Source: an uncultured archaeon (GTDB lineage: Archaea; Hadarchaeota; Hadarchaeia; Hadarchaeales; Hadarchaeaceae). From it: a stretch of DNA of 47,815 nucleotides. The position numbers were made by a program, and so were the translations under genes. Below are positions 8,382-16,982 of this stretch, one piece after another (position 1 is the stretch's first letter; every line of letters begins with the position of its first letter). The stretch lies in NCBI GenBank assembly GCA_937921735.1, contig CAKZTQ010000018.1:1-47815 (forward strand), read 5' to 3'. The notes beneath the pieces were generated by a model. The model saw only the letters and a program-made list of their open reading frames with translations, had not been told where the DNA came from and ran no database searches.

Positions 8382-9689
8382 ATGATCATGCCCTTAAAGC
8401 CAGTGCGCCTGTGGGAATGCTCGCGCGAGGAGAGGGAGCGCTTGCTGAGGCGTTCGGAGCTGGACGTCGCCTCGGTTGCCACCCAAGTAAGACAAATAGT
8501 GGAGGAGGTGCGCGAGAAAGGCGATGAGGCCGTGATCCACTACACCGAGCTCTTCGACGGCGTGAGGCTAGACCCCCTGCGGCTCCGCGTGAGCGAGGAG
8601 GAGCTCCGTGAGGCTTACGAGCGAGTGAGCGCGGACGTAGTCAAAGCCATGAAATCGGCCGCGAGGGCGATCAGAAAGTTCCATCTCAAACAATTGCCCC
8701 GCGAATGGATGGTGCAACTGCAGCCAGGCATAAAGGCGGGACAGCTCGTTCGACCTTTGGCTAGCGTGGGCATCTACGCTCCGGGCGGACTGGCGAGGTA
8801 CCCCTCGAGCGTGCTGATGGCCGCGATCCCGGCGAAGGTGGCGGGCGTCGAGAGGGTCATCATGTGCACCCCTCCCAGCCGCGATGGCGAGGTTGACCCG
8901 GCTATGCTCGTCGCGGCCGACCTCGCCGGCGTTGAGGCTGTGTTCAGGATCGGCGGCGCCCAGGCGATAGCGGCGATGGCGTACGGCACGCAGACCGTCC
9001 CCAAGGTGGACAAGGTGGTGGGCCCGGGCAACGTCTACGTCGTGGCTGCCAAGCAAGCGGTCGCGACTGAGGTCGAGGTCGACTTCGCTGCAGGACCCAG
9101 CGAGGTGCTCATCCTAGCCGACTCGTCTGCTAACGCAAACTACGTGGCGGCCGACATGATGGCGCAGGCAGAGCATGACCCTGCCGCGGCGGCCGTACTG
9201 GTGACCGTTTCCGAGGAGCTCGCCTCGAAGGTTCTCGCGCTGCTTCAGCGGGAGCTCGGGGAAGCCCCCCGCCGGGAGATCGTTAGTAGATCGTTGGAGA
9301 AGTACGGGAGCATCGTGCTAGCCCGCAACTTGGCGGAAGCCGTCGAATTCGTGAACGCGTACGCACCGGAGCACCTTCAGCTTATGGTCAAGCACCCCCA
9401 GCGAGTGCTCAAAGAGGTGAAGAACGCCGGCGCGATCTTCATAGGGCCGTACTCCCCCGTCGCGGCGGGAGACTTCGCCATCGGGCCCAACCACATCTTG
9501 CCCACCGGCGGGGCCGCGCGTGGGCGCTCGGGAATATCGGTGATGGATTTCCTGAAGCTCCCGACCGTGCAAGCGCTCACGAGGAGGGGTCTGAAGCAAG
9601 TGGCGGGAATCGTCGAGAAGCTGGCGGAGGTCGAGGGATTGCCCAACCACGCGAGAAGCGTGAGGGTAAGGTTGGGGGAAGAGAGGTAA
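8382..9689 (+). CDS. hisD: Histidinol dehydrogenase
   Basis: GIYAPGG, GGAQAIAAMAYG, VGPGN.YV, AGPSE, QAEHD, APEHL, GPNHILPT. Start re-assigned to ATG 8382 (or 8388). Confidence 0.97.
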   Translation: MIMPLKPVRLWECSREERERLLRRSELDVASVATQVRQIVEEVREKGDEAVIHYTELFDGVRLDPLRLRVSEEELREAYERVSADVVKAMKSAARAIRKFHLKQLPREWMVQLQPGIKAGQLVRPLASVGIYAPGGLARYPSSVLMAAIPAKVAGVERVIMCTPPSRDGEVDPAMLVAADLAGVEAVFRIGGAQAIAAMAYGTQTVPKVDKVVGPGNVYVVAAKQAVATEVEVDFAAGPSEVLILADSSANANYVAADMMAQAEHDPAAAAVLVTVSEELASKVLALLQRELGEAPRREIVSRSLEKYGSIVLARNLAEAVEFVNAYAPEHLQLMVKHPQRVLKEVKNAGAIFIGPYSPVAAGDFAIGPNHILPTGGAARGRSGISVMDFLKLPTVQALTRRGLKQVAGIVEKLAEVEGLPNHARSVRVRLGEER

Positions 9690-9693
9690 AAAC

Positions 9694-10302
9694 GTGGTGA
9701 AGGTGGCGATATTGAACTACGGCGTGGGCAACTTGCACAGCATCCGCCAGGGGCTCGAGCGGGTCGGCGCCAGAGTGGTGATCACGGACGAGCCAGAAGA
9801 AATCGAAAGAGCCGATGCACTCGTGCTGCCCGGCGTCGGGACGCTAAGGGGCGCCATCGAACGATTATCCGACAAAAGGGGAGCGATCTGGAAGGCAGCT
9901 TTTGAGGACAAGCCATTGCTAGGGATTTGCTTGGGCTTGCAGCTACTGTTCGACCGGAGCGAGGAGGGGAATTCAAAGGGGCTGGGCCTCATGCGTGGGG
10001 AGGTGGTCAGACTACCCCGCGGGCTCAAGGTACCTCACATGGGCTGGAACTACCTAAGGGTGAAACGCTCGCACCCCATCGTCCGCGACGTCCCCTCGGG
10101 AAGCTATGTGTACTTCATGCACTCCTACTACGTACACCCTGAGGATCGAGACGCGGTCGTAGCCACCACAAGTTATGGCCCGGAGTTCCCATCCGTTGTA
10201 GCCTCTGGCTCGATCGTGGGCGTACAATTCCACCCCGAGAGGAGTGGCGAGCCAGGGATGCGGACGCTTCGCAACTTCGTGGAAATGGTGGGATCGGCGT
10301 GA
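9694..10302 (+). CDS. hisH: Imidazole glycerol phosphate synthase glutaminase subunit
   Basis: YGVGNLHS, LPGVG, GICLGLQ, VPHMGWN, QFHPE. Confidence 0.97.
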   Translation: MVKVAILNYGVGNLHSIRQGLERVGARVVITDEPEEIERADALVLPGVGTLRGAIERLSDKRGAIWKAAFEDKPLLGICLGLQLLFDRSEEGNSKGLGLMRGEVVRLPRGLKVPHMGWNYLRVKRSHPIVRDVPSGSYVYFMHSYYVHPEDRDAVVATTSYGPEFPSVVASGSIVGVQFHPERSGEPGMRTLRNFVEMVGSA

Positions 10303-10697
10303 AGCTATCAATGGATCGAGCACGTGAGATCGCCAAGGCGCTGAAGTTCAAGGACGGCCTGATCACCGCCATCGCGCGGGACTTCAGAAGCAAGGACGTG
10401 CTGATGGTCGCGAACATGAACGAGGAGGCCCTGCTCAAGACCCTGACGACTGGTCTGATGCACTACTGGAGCCGCTCCCGTAAGCGACTTTGGCTTAAAG
10501 GCGAGACCTCAGGGCACTACCAGCGCGTGCGCGGGGTTTGGGTGGACTGCGACGGCGACGCGGCCGTGTTCGACGTGGAGCAGGTGGGCGCGGCATGCCA
10601 CGAGGGCTACTACTCCTGCTTCTACCGCAAGCTCAGGCGAGGCAAGCTCGTGACCGCGCTGAAGCGAAAGTTCGACCCAAAGAAAGTGTACGGGTAG
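10299..10697 (+). CDS. hisI: Phosphoribosyl-AMP cyclohydrolase (monofunctional)
   Basis: YWSRSR..LW.KGETSGH.Q, DCDGD, ACHEG..SCF. Confidence 0.96.
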   Translation: MKLSMDRAREIAKALKFKDGLITAIARDFRSKDVLMVANMNEEALLKTLTTGLMHYWSRSRKRLWLKGETSGHYQRVRGVWVDCDGDAAVFDVEQVGAACHEGYYSCFYRKLRRGKLVTALKRKFDPKKVYG

Positions 10698-10754
10698 CAC
10701 ACCTCTACAACAGAAAATCTTTTGAACCCAAACCCTCAAGATAGAAAAGGTGCA

Positions 10755-11033
10755 ATGATGCGAGAACCTCCACAGTACATGGAGGAAGAAGAGGAGGAAG
10801 AGGAGGAGTACTGGCCCCTGAACATAAGATTTGAACTCATCGAGTACATCTTGCGCCGCTACGGCAGCTTGCAAGCGAAGGACATCGCACAGATCTTGGG
10901 CTGCGGGACCGACGAGGTTCGCCGAATGCTGCGGGAACTGGAGCGCTCTGGTAGGGTCAGAAGGGCAAAGCTCGGCAAAAACTACGTTTGGACCCCCGTT
11001 GAGGAGCCGCACCTGAACTTCATGTATTATTGA
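10755..11033 (+). CDS. Small winged-helix DNA-binding protein with N-terminal poly-Glu tract
   Basis: LQAKDIAQILG....EVRRMLRELERSGRV HTH/wing; AGGTG RBS before ATG 10755. Confidence 0.75.
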   Translation: MMREPPQYMEEEEEEEEEYWPLNIRFELIEYILRRYGSLQAKDIAQILGCGTDEVRRMLRELERSGRVRRAKLGKNYVWTPVEEPHLNFMYY

Positions 11034-11176
11034 TCGTTCCATCCCATCGCATTGACCGCTAGCTGGATATGCTTGAGTCCCCGAAGAACTAGGGGTTCAT
11101 GTCCCTCCCTTGGTCCCTTCCGCACGAGGTCAAGAATTTAATAAGCAAGTTCCGTTCAATAATTCGGCGTGAACAG

Positions 11177-11611
11177 ATGGCCCACATGGTCGACGTTGGC
11201 GCGAAGCCCGAGGTCCCCAGATCGGCGACGGCTACCGGATTCATTCGCCTGAGGGGCAGCACCATCGAGAAGATCAAGGCAGGCGAAGTACCCAAAGGTG
11301 ATGTGCTCACTGTAGCGCAGACCGCTGCCATCTTGGCGGTCAAGCGCACCCCCGAGCTCATACCCCTCACCCATCCGATACCCATAACAGGTGTGGACGT
11401 GTGGCTTGAGTTGGAGGACGAGGGCGTCCGCGCGAGGGTAGAGGTCAGGAGTACGGGACAGACGGGCGTCGAGATGGAGGCGCTGGCGGGGGTCGCGGCC
11501 GCCCTGCTGACGGTTTGGGACATGGTGAAGGGTCTGGAGAAGGACGAGGCCGGCCAATATCCAACGACGGAGATTACCGATATCAGGGTGGAGAGGAAGG
11601 TGAAGGGATGA
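11177..11611 (+). CDS. moaC: Cyclic pyranopterin monophosphate synthase MoaC
   Basis: MVDVG.K, KGDVL, LIPLTHP, TGVEMEAL, WDMVK. Start re-assigned to ATG 11177; TATA-like AATTTAATAAG at about 11135. Confidence 0.96.
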   Translation: MAHMVDVGAKPEVPRSATATGFIRLRGSTIEKIKAGEVPKGDVLTVAQTAAILAVKRTPELIPLTHPIPITGVDVWLELEDEGVRARVEVRSTGQTGVEMEALAGVAAALLTVWDMVKGLEKDEAGQYPTTEITDIRVERKVKG

Positions 11612-12123
11612 GCGGGATAGAACACAAAAAGGATGTGCCGCAGCACCTGAGGGTCGCGGTGCTCACGATAAGCGACAGCCGTGCGGCGGCGATGCACGAG
11701 GGGAGAGACGAGGACGTCTCCGGGAAGCTCATCGAGCGTAGACTACAAGAGGCGGGCCATTCGTCCATCAGGTTGATCTTGCCAGACGAGACGGAGGAGA
11801 TACGGGCCGCCATCGAGAGGTTTTCCTCCGACCCGGAGACGGATGTCATAATAACCACGGGAGGCACTGGCATAACCAGGCGGGACGTCACCATAGAGAC
11901 GATAGCCCCCCTTCTGGAGAAGGAGCTGCCTGGGTTCGGTGAACTCCTTCGGCGCATCGGCTACGAGAAGGTTGGAGGCCCCGCCATCCTGACGAGGGCC
12001 ACCGCCGGGGTGATAAGGAGGAAGCCGGTGTTCTGCCTGCCTGGCGCACCCAACGCGGTCGAGGTGGCGATGGACCTCATCCTTCCTGAACTCGGGCACA
12101 TCGTCAAACACGCGCGTGAATGA
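11608..12123 (+). CDS. moaB: Molybdopterin adenylyltransferase MoaB/MogA
   Basis: LTISD, D.SG, TTGGTGI..RDVT, PGFGE, LPGAP. Start re-assigned to ATG 11608. Confidence 0.95.
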   Translation: MSGIEHKKDVPQHLRVAVLTISDSRAAAMHEGRDEDVSGKLIERRLQEAGHSSIRLILPDETEEIRAAIERFSSDPETDVIITTGGTGITRRDVTIETIAPLLEKELPGFGELLRRIGYEKVGGPAILTRATAGVIRRKPVFCLPGAPNAVEVAMDLILPELGHIVKHARE

Positions 12124-13369
12124 GATGTCCGTCCGAATGCGTGGCTTCACCAGCTACACCAAGCTTGCGGATGCGCTTGAGATGGTGCTCTCGAGGGTCA
12201 AGCAGCTGGAGCCGGAAGTGGTGCCCTTCGAGCGAGCCCTCAACAGGGCTCTGGCGGAGGACGTGATCTCGAGGGTGGACCTCCCCCCCTTCGACCGCGC
12301 GGCCGTCGACGGGTACGCGGTTCGGGCGGCGGACACGTTTGGGGCCACCGAATCCAAGCCGGTGAAGCTGAGGGTGGTCGGCTCCGTGGGCGTGGGGTCG
12401 GCGGCGAGGCTGGAGGTGGGTAGAGGGGAGGCCGCGAAGGTAGCGACGGGCGCCCCCATGCCTAGGGGGGCCGACGCGGTGGTGATGGTGGAACAAACTA
12501 AGACGGAGGGTGAACACGTCTTTATCTTCGCGAAGCTCCCGCCCGGCAAAAACGTGTCCGCCAAGGGCGAGGACGTGAGGAGGGGCGAGGTGATCCTCGA
12601 GAAGGGAAGGTTGCTGAGACCGCAGGAGGTGGGCATGCTAGCTGCCACGGGAAACGTGAAGGTAAAGGTGGCCCGAAGGCCTAAGGTCGCGATCCTAGCG
12701 ACGGGCGAGGAACTCAGGCCGCCAGGGGCGAGGCTGAGGGAAGGGGAGATAATCGATGCCAACAGCTACTCCCTAGCGGCGGCAGTTGAAAGCTGTGGGG
12801 GCCTGCCACGTCGCCTCGGGATGGTCCCCGACGACGCGCGGTCGCTGAGGCGAGCCTTGAGGAAAGCATCCGGATACGACATGGCCTTGATATCCGGCGG
12901 CAGCTCCGTCGGCGAGCAGGACTTGGTGCCAGACGTGATCGCCGAGCTGGGGGAGCTATTGTTCCATGGCGTGGCCATTCGCCCAGGAGGCCCTACGGCT
13001 TTCGGCGTGGTGGGAGGAAAGCCCTTCTTCGGGCTCCCAGGCTTCCCCGTCAGCGCGCTCGTCGCCTTTGACATGCTGGTGCGTCCCGCGCTCCGCCGCA
13101 TGCAGGGCCTGCCGGCGGATCGGGGCTATCCCAAGGTTCGCGCGCGGTTGGCGAGGAAGGTTAGCTCGACGCTTGGGCGAATGGGAATCGTGAGGGTGCG
13201 GGTCCGCGAGCAAGCGGGTGAGCTCGTGGCCGAGCCCATCCGAGTAGCCGGCTCAGGGATACTGAGCTCGATGACCCGCGCCGACGGATTTCTAACGGTG
13301 CCCGAGGATGTGGAGGGGCTGAAGGAGGGGAGTCTGGTCGAGGTGGAGCTCTACCGATGGCCGATGTAG
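12116..13369 (+). CDS. moeA: Molybdopterin metal insertase MoeA (paralog 1)
   Basis: PPFDRAAVDGYAV, TGAPMP.GADAVVMVE, TGEEL, SGGSSVG..D, GLPGFP. Confidence 0.96.
   Translation: MNEMSVRMRGFTSYTKLADALEMVLSRVKQLEPEVVPFERALNRALAEDVISRVDLPPFDRAAVDGYAVRAADTFGATESKPVKLRVVGSVGVGSAARLEVGRGEAAKVATGAPMPRGADAVVMVEQTKTEGEHVFIFAKLPPGKNVSAKGEDVRRGEVILEKGRLLRPQEVGMLAATGNVKVKVARRPKVAILATGEELRPPGARLREGEIIDANSYSLAAAVESCGGLPRRLGMVPDDARSLRRALRKASGYDMALISGGSSVGEQDLVPDVIAELGELLFHGVAIRPGGPTAFGVVGGKPFFGLPGFPVSALVAFDMLVRPALRRMQGLPADRGYPKVRARLARKVSSTLGRMGIVRVRVREQAGELVAEPIRVAGSGILSSMTRADGFLTVPEDVEGLKEGSLVEVELYRWPM
12254..12339 (+). repeat. 86-bp near-identical direct repeat, copy 1 (copy 2 at 13519-13604)
   Basis: GCGGAGGACGTG(A/G)TCTCGAGGGTGGACCTCCCCCCCTTCGACC...GGACACGTT, with one mismatch between copies. 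Confidence 0.9.
12443..12495 (+). repeat. 53-bp identical direct repeat, copy 1 (copy 2 at 13708-13760)
   Basis: GCGACGGGCGCCCCCATGCCTAGGGGGGCCGACGCGGTGGTGATGGTGGAACA is identical in moeA1 and moeA2. Confidence 0.9.
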
Positions 13370-14643
13370 GCGGGGGCTTGGGATTGACGAACGATTGGAC
13401 GGCGGGATTTCTTCGCGTGAGGACCCTAGAGGAAGCAAAGCGTTTGTTGGAGGAACACTGGCGTCCCAAGCCCAGCGTGGCCGAGGTACCCCTCGAGAGG
13501 GCAGGGGGGCGAATACTTGCGGAGGACGTGGTCTCGAGGGTGGACCTCCCCCCCTTCGACCGCGCGGCCGTCGACGGGTACGCGGTTCGGGCGGCGGACA
13601 CGTTCGGCGCGGACGAGGAAACACCCATCGAGCTCCTTTGCGTGGGGCGCATACGAGCCGGTGATTGGCCGAAGCTGAGGGTGGGCAGGGGGAGGTGCGC
13701 TGAGATCGCGACGGGCGCCCCCATGCCTAGGGGGGCCGACGCGGTGGTGATGGTGGAACACGCTATCGCGGAAAAAAATGCCGTGAGGGTCTACCGCGCG
13801 GTCGCCCCGGGCGAGAACGTGGTGCAGCGAGCGTCCGAGGTCAAGCGCGGCGAGGTGGTCCTACCCGCGGGAAGGAGGCTGACCCCACAGCTCATCGGGA
13901 CCCTAGCTGCGGTCGGCGTAGGGAGGGTCAAGGTCTTCGAGCGGCCTCGGGTAGCGGTCATCTCCAGCGGCGCCGAGCTCACGAGGCCTGGCGGTAGGCT
14001 TGGACGTGGGAAGGTTTACGACATCAACGGGCCTGCGATATGCGAGGCCGTTAGAACCTGCGGCTGCGAACCGGTGTACCTCGGCATCGTGCGCGACGAG
14101 CCAGCGCGGGTGAGGTCCGCGATCGAGAAGGGCCTCGCTTCCTGCGAGGTGGTCATCATCTCCGGTGGCTCGTCAGCGGGCAGGGGGGACCTGGTGCCCA
14201 ACGTGGTGAGTGACATGGGGGAGCCTGGACTGTTAGTACATGGGCTCGCGATGAAGCCAGGAAAGCCGACCTTCGTGGCGGTGGTGAGCGGCAAGCCCGT
14301 ATTCGGGCTTCCGGGCTACCCGGTGTCCGCGTTCATGGTGTTTGACCAGCTCGTGGCGCCTTACCTGAGGGAGTTAGCGGGAGATCGGCAGGTCAAGCGG
14401 GAAAGGGCTGTGGCGAGGCTGAGCAGGAGGATATTATCGGCGAAGGGGAGGCGGGAGCTGGTGCCGGTTAAGCTACTTCGCCGAGACGGAGAGCTTTTAG
14501 CCGAGCCGCTCCTAAAGGGCTCTGGGGCGATCACGTCGCTTTCGATGGCGGACGGCTACATCGAGGTGCCGTTGGGGCGGGAGATGGTCGAGGAGGGGGA
14601 AATCGTCGAAGTCGTGATCTTTGGGGGCGCGGACGTTGCTTAG
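13357..14643 (+). CDS. moeA: Molybdopterin metal insertase MoeA (paralog 2)
   Basis: Same core motifs, plus SSGAEL, YDING, SGGSSAG..D, KPGKPT, GLPGYP, KGSGAITSL. Confidence 0.95.
   Translation: MADVGGGLGLTNDWTAGFLRVRTLEEAKRLLEEHWRPKPSVAEVPLERAGGRILAEDVVSRVDLPPFDRAAVDGYAVRAADTFGADEETPIELLCVGRIRAGDWPKLRVGRGRCAEIATGAPMPRGADAVVMVEHAIAEKNAVRVYRAVAPGENVVQRASEVKRGEVVLPAGRRLTPQLIGTLAAVGVGRVKVFERPRVAVISSGAELTRPGGRLGRGKVYDINGPAICEAVRTCGCEPVYLGIVRDEPARVRSAIEKGLASCEVVIISGGSSAGRGDLVPNVVSDMGEPGLLVHGLAMKPGKPTFVAVVSGKPVFGLPGYPVSAFMVFDQLVAPYLRELAGDRQVKRERAVARLSRRILSAKGRRELVPVKLLRRDGELLAEPLLKGSGAITSLSMADGYIEVPLGREMVEEGEIVEVVIFGGADVA
13519..13604 (+). repeat. 86-bp near-identical direct repeat, copy 2
   Basis: Matches 12254-12339 at 85/86 positions. 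Confidence 0.9.
13708..13760 (+). repeat. 53-bp identical direct repeat, copy 2
   Basis: Matches 12443-12495 exactly. Confidence 0.9.
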
Positions 14644-15370
14644 GGCGGTCGCGGTGGTGGGCTACAGGAAGTCGGGCAAGACCACCATCGTCGAGGGTCT
14701 CGTGAAGGAGCTCGTGAGGCGGGGGTACAAGGTGGGGACGGTAAAACACATCCGCGAGAAGGACTTCAGCATCGACCAACGGGGCAAGGACACCTGGCGA
14801 CACGCGCAGGCGGGTGCCAGCACCGTGATCTGCATCGCCCCCCGCGAGGTCGCCACCATAAGTCGGCGCCGCACGAAGCTGGAGGAGGTCCTGCGCGCGC
14901 TCCGGGGGTTAGATTTCGTGATCATAGAGGGCTTCAGGAGGGCGAGCGGGATACCGAAGGTGGCGGTGGCTCGAAGCGTCGGCGAGGCGAAAGAACTTGC
15001 GGACGAATTCACGGTCGCGTGCGTTGGGCATCGCAAGCCTTGGCTGCCCCTATTTAAGCACGATGAGGCCGGGAAGCTCGCGGACCTCCTCGAGCAAAGG
15101 GTCCCGCCTTTGCTGCCGGGGATCGACTGTAGGCGCTGCGGCTACCAAAGCTGCAAGGAGTTCTCGCTGGCCGTAATCGCCGGGCGCGAGCGCTGGAACG
15201 GATGCCCAGCGCTGCGGGAGCGCGTGGTCCTCACCGTGGACGGCAAACGGGTACATCTAAACCCTTTCATCCAAGAACTCATCTCCGGGACGCTGGATGG
15301 GATGCTGTCCGCCCTGAAGGGGGTCAAGGGCAAGGAGATCGAGCTAAAGGTGAGGAGGCGTGCGCGATAG
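14636..15370 (+). CDS. mobB: MobB protein with C-terminal Fe-S domain
   Basis: VVGYRKSGKTT P-loop, VKH, GKDTWRH..AGA, IIEGF, DCRRCGYQSC...C. Start taken as TTG 14636 (alternative 14621). Confidence 0.9.
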   Translation: MLRAVAVVGYRKSGKTTIVEGLVKELVRRGYKVGTVKHIREKDFSIDQRGKDTWRHAQAGASTVICIAPREVATISRRRTKLEEVLRALRGLDFVIIEGFRRASGIPKVAVARSVGEAKELADEFTVACVGHRKPWLPLFKHDEAGKLADLLEQRVPPLLPGIDCRRCGYQSCKEFSLAVIAGRERWNGCPALRERVVLTVDGKRVHLNPFIQELISGTLDGMLSALKGVKGKEIELKVRRRAR

Positions 15371-16271
15371 GTTCGGGAGGTCGCTCACGGGCTTGCGGAT
15401 ATCGGTCACCGACGATTGCAACTTGAACTGCTTTTACTGCCACCGGGAGGGATGCCCAGCGGGCTCTAGACGGATGTCGCCGGAGGAGATCGGACGGATC
15501 GCGGGGCTCGCCGCGGAGTTCGGCGTGCGCAAGGTAAAGCTAACCGGAGGCGAGCCATTGATGCGCAAGGACATCACGGACGTAATCAGGTCGATCGCTG
15601 AGACCGAGGTCTCCGAGATATCGATGACGACCAATGGAACGCTGCTGGCGGATGTCGCGGTAGAGCTGGCGGACGCTGGCCTTGACCGCGTGAACATCAG
15701 CCTCGATACCTTGAACAACGAGACCTACCGCAGGATAACTGGCGAGGACATGCTCGAGAACGTGCTTTCCGGCATCGAAGCTGCGATAGCTGCCGACCTC
15801 ACCCCGGTGAAGATAAACATGGTGGTGCTCGCCGGCATAAACGATGGGGAGATAGAGCGCATGATATCCTATGCCTTCCGGCAAGGGGCCATCCTCCAGC
15901 TGATAGAACTCATAGATGTGGGTGGAGGAGGTCCATCGCCCTACCACCACGACTTGGCCGAGGTGGAGCGGGAGCTGAGCCGGCGAGCCCTCGCCGTGGA
16001 GACGCGTGAGCACATGAACGCACGCAAGAAGTTCATCTTGCCCGACGGCGAAGTGGAGGTGGTTAGGCCCATGCACAACTCCGAATTTTGCATGCACTGC
16101 ACGCGCCTACGCTTGACGTCGGGCGGCTATCTCAAACCATGTCTGATGCGCAACGATAATTTGGTGGATGTCCTCACCCCGCTACGCGAGGGAATGATGG
16201 ACGAGGCGAGGGAGGCATTTAGAAGGGCGGTAGCGCTTCGAGAACCCTACTTCAAGCCCATGGGGGGTTAG
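15360..16271 (+). CDS. moaA: GTP 3',8-cyclase MoaA (radical SAM)
   Basis: DRFGR...LRISVT..CNLNCFYC, TGGEP, FCMHC.RLRL..G.LKPCL, C-terminal GG. Confidence 0.96.
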   Translation: MRDRFGRSLTGLRISVTDDCNLNCFYCHREGCPAGSRRMSPEEIGRIAGLAAEFGVRKVKLTGGEPLMRKDITDVIRSIAETEVSEISMTTNGTLLADVAVELADAGLDRVNISLDTLNNETYRRITGEDMLENVLSGIEAAIAADLTPVKINMVVLAGINDGEIERMISYAFRQGAILQLIELIDVGGGGPSPYHHDLAEVERELSRRALAVETREHMNARKKFILPDGEVEVVRPMHNSEFCMHCTRLRLTSGGYLKPCLMRNDNLVDVLTPLREGMMDEAREAFRRAVALREPYFKPMGG

Positions 16272-16273
16272 CG

Positions 16274-16978
16274 GTGTTAGCGGAACATCTGACATGGAAA
16301 CGGGTAGAAGAGTACCTTAGGAGGAGGGACGATGTGATAATTCCGGTGGGCTCGACCGAGGAGCACGGGTACCATTTGCCCCTTTCCACGGATACGATAA
16401 TAGCATTTGAGCTGGCAAAAGTGGTCGGCGAGAGGCTTGGGATCTTGGTGATGCCCTCAATCCCCTACGGCGTGTGCAGGCACACTGCCTCCTACCCGGG
16501 GACCACGGGCGTTGGTTTCGATTCCTTGAGGGATTTCGTCCAGGATATCCTCGACGATCTGTGGGGCAAGGGGTTCAAGGTTTTTTATTTGATCACCGGC
16601 CACGCGGGGAGCGCACACAAAGTTGCCCTTAGGGAGGCCGGCAGGAGCCTAGTGGTTAAAGGTGCGGAGGTTTATGTGATAGACCCCTATGAGTTAAAAA
16701 TTTCGGACCTCTTGGAGGAGAAGGCACCTTCATTTCCGGGACACGCGGACGAAGTGGAAACTTCGCTCATGCTTTACTTGAGGCGAGAATTCGTGGATGA
16801 GAAAAAAATCGCGGATGAGTTGCCTGAGCTGGAACGCTTTAGGTTAACTGAGGAGAGGCCGACGGCGTCCGGCGTATTCGGAAGGCCTACGCTCGCCTCA
16901 AGGGAAAAGGGCGAGAGGATCTTCAACAGGATGGTCGATGAAGTAATCAAGATAATCAGATCCCGCGAGACAAGCTAA
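16274..16978 (+). CDS. Creatininase / ArfB-like amidohydrolase
   Basis: PVGSTEEHGYHLP..TD, GHAG, HADEVETS, SGVFG.P..AS.EKG. Confidence 0.88.
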   Translation: MLAEHLTWKRVEEYLRRRDDVIIPVGSTEEHGYHLPLSTDTIIAFELAKVVGERLGILVMPSIPYGVCRHTASYPGTTGVGFDSLRDFVQDILDDLWGKGFKVFYLITGHAGSAHKVALREAGRSLVVKGAEVYVIDPYELKISDLLEEKAPSFPGHADEVETSLMLYLRREFVDEKKIADELPELERFRLTEERPTASGVFGRPTLASREKGERIFNRMVDEVIKIIRSRETS

Positions 16979-16982
16979 GCCC

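Noticed and set aside
11034-11176. Possible tRNA, ncRNA or Moco riboswitch upstream of moaC
   Set aside because: No cloverleaf or recognisable riboswitch structure by eye; only a TATA-like box. An Infernal/Rfam scan would settle it.
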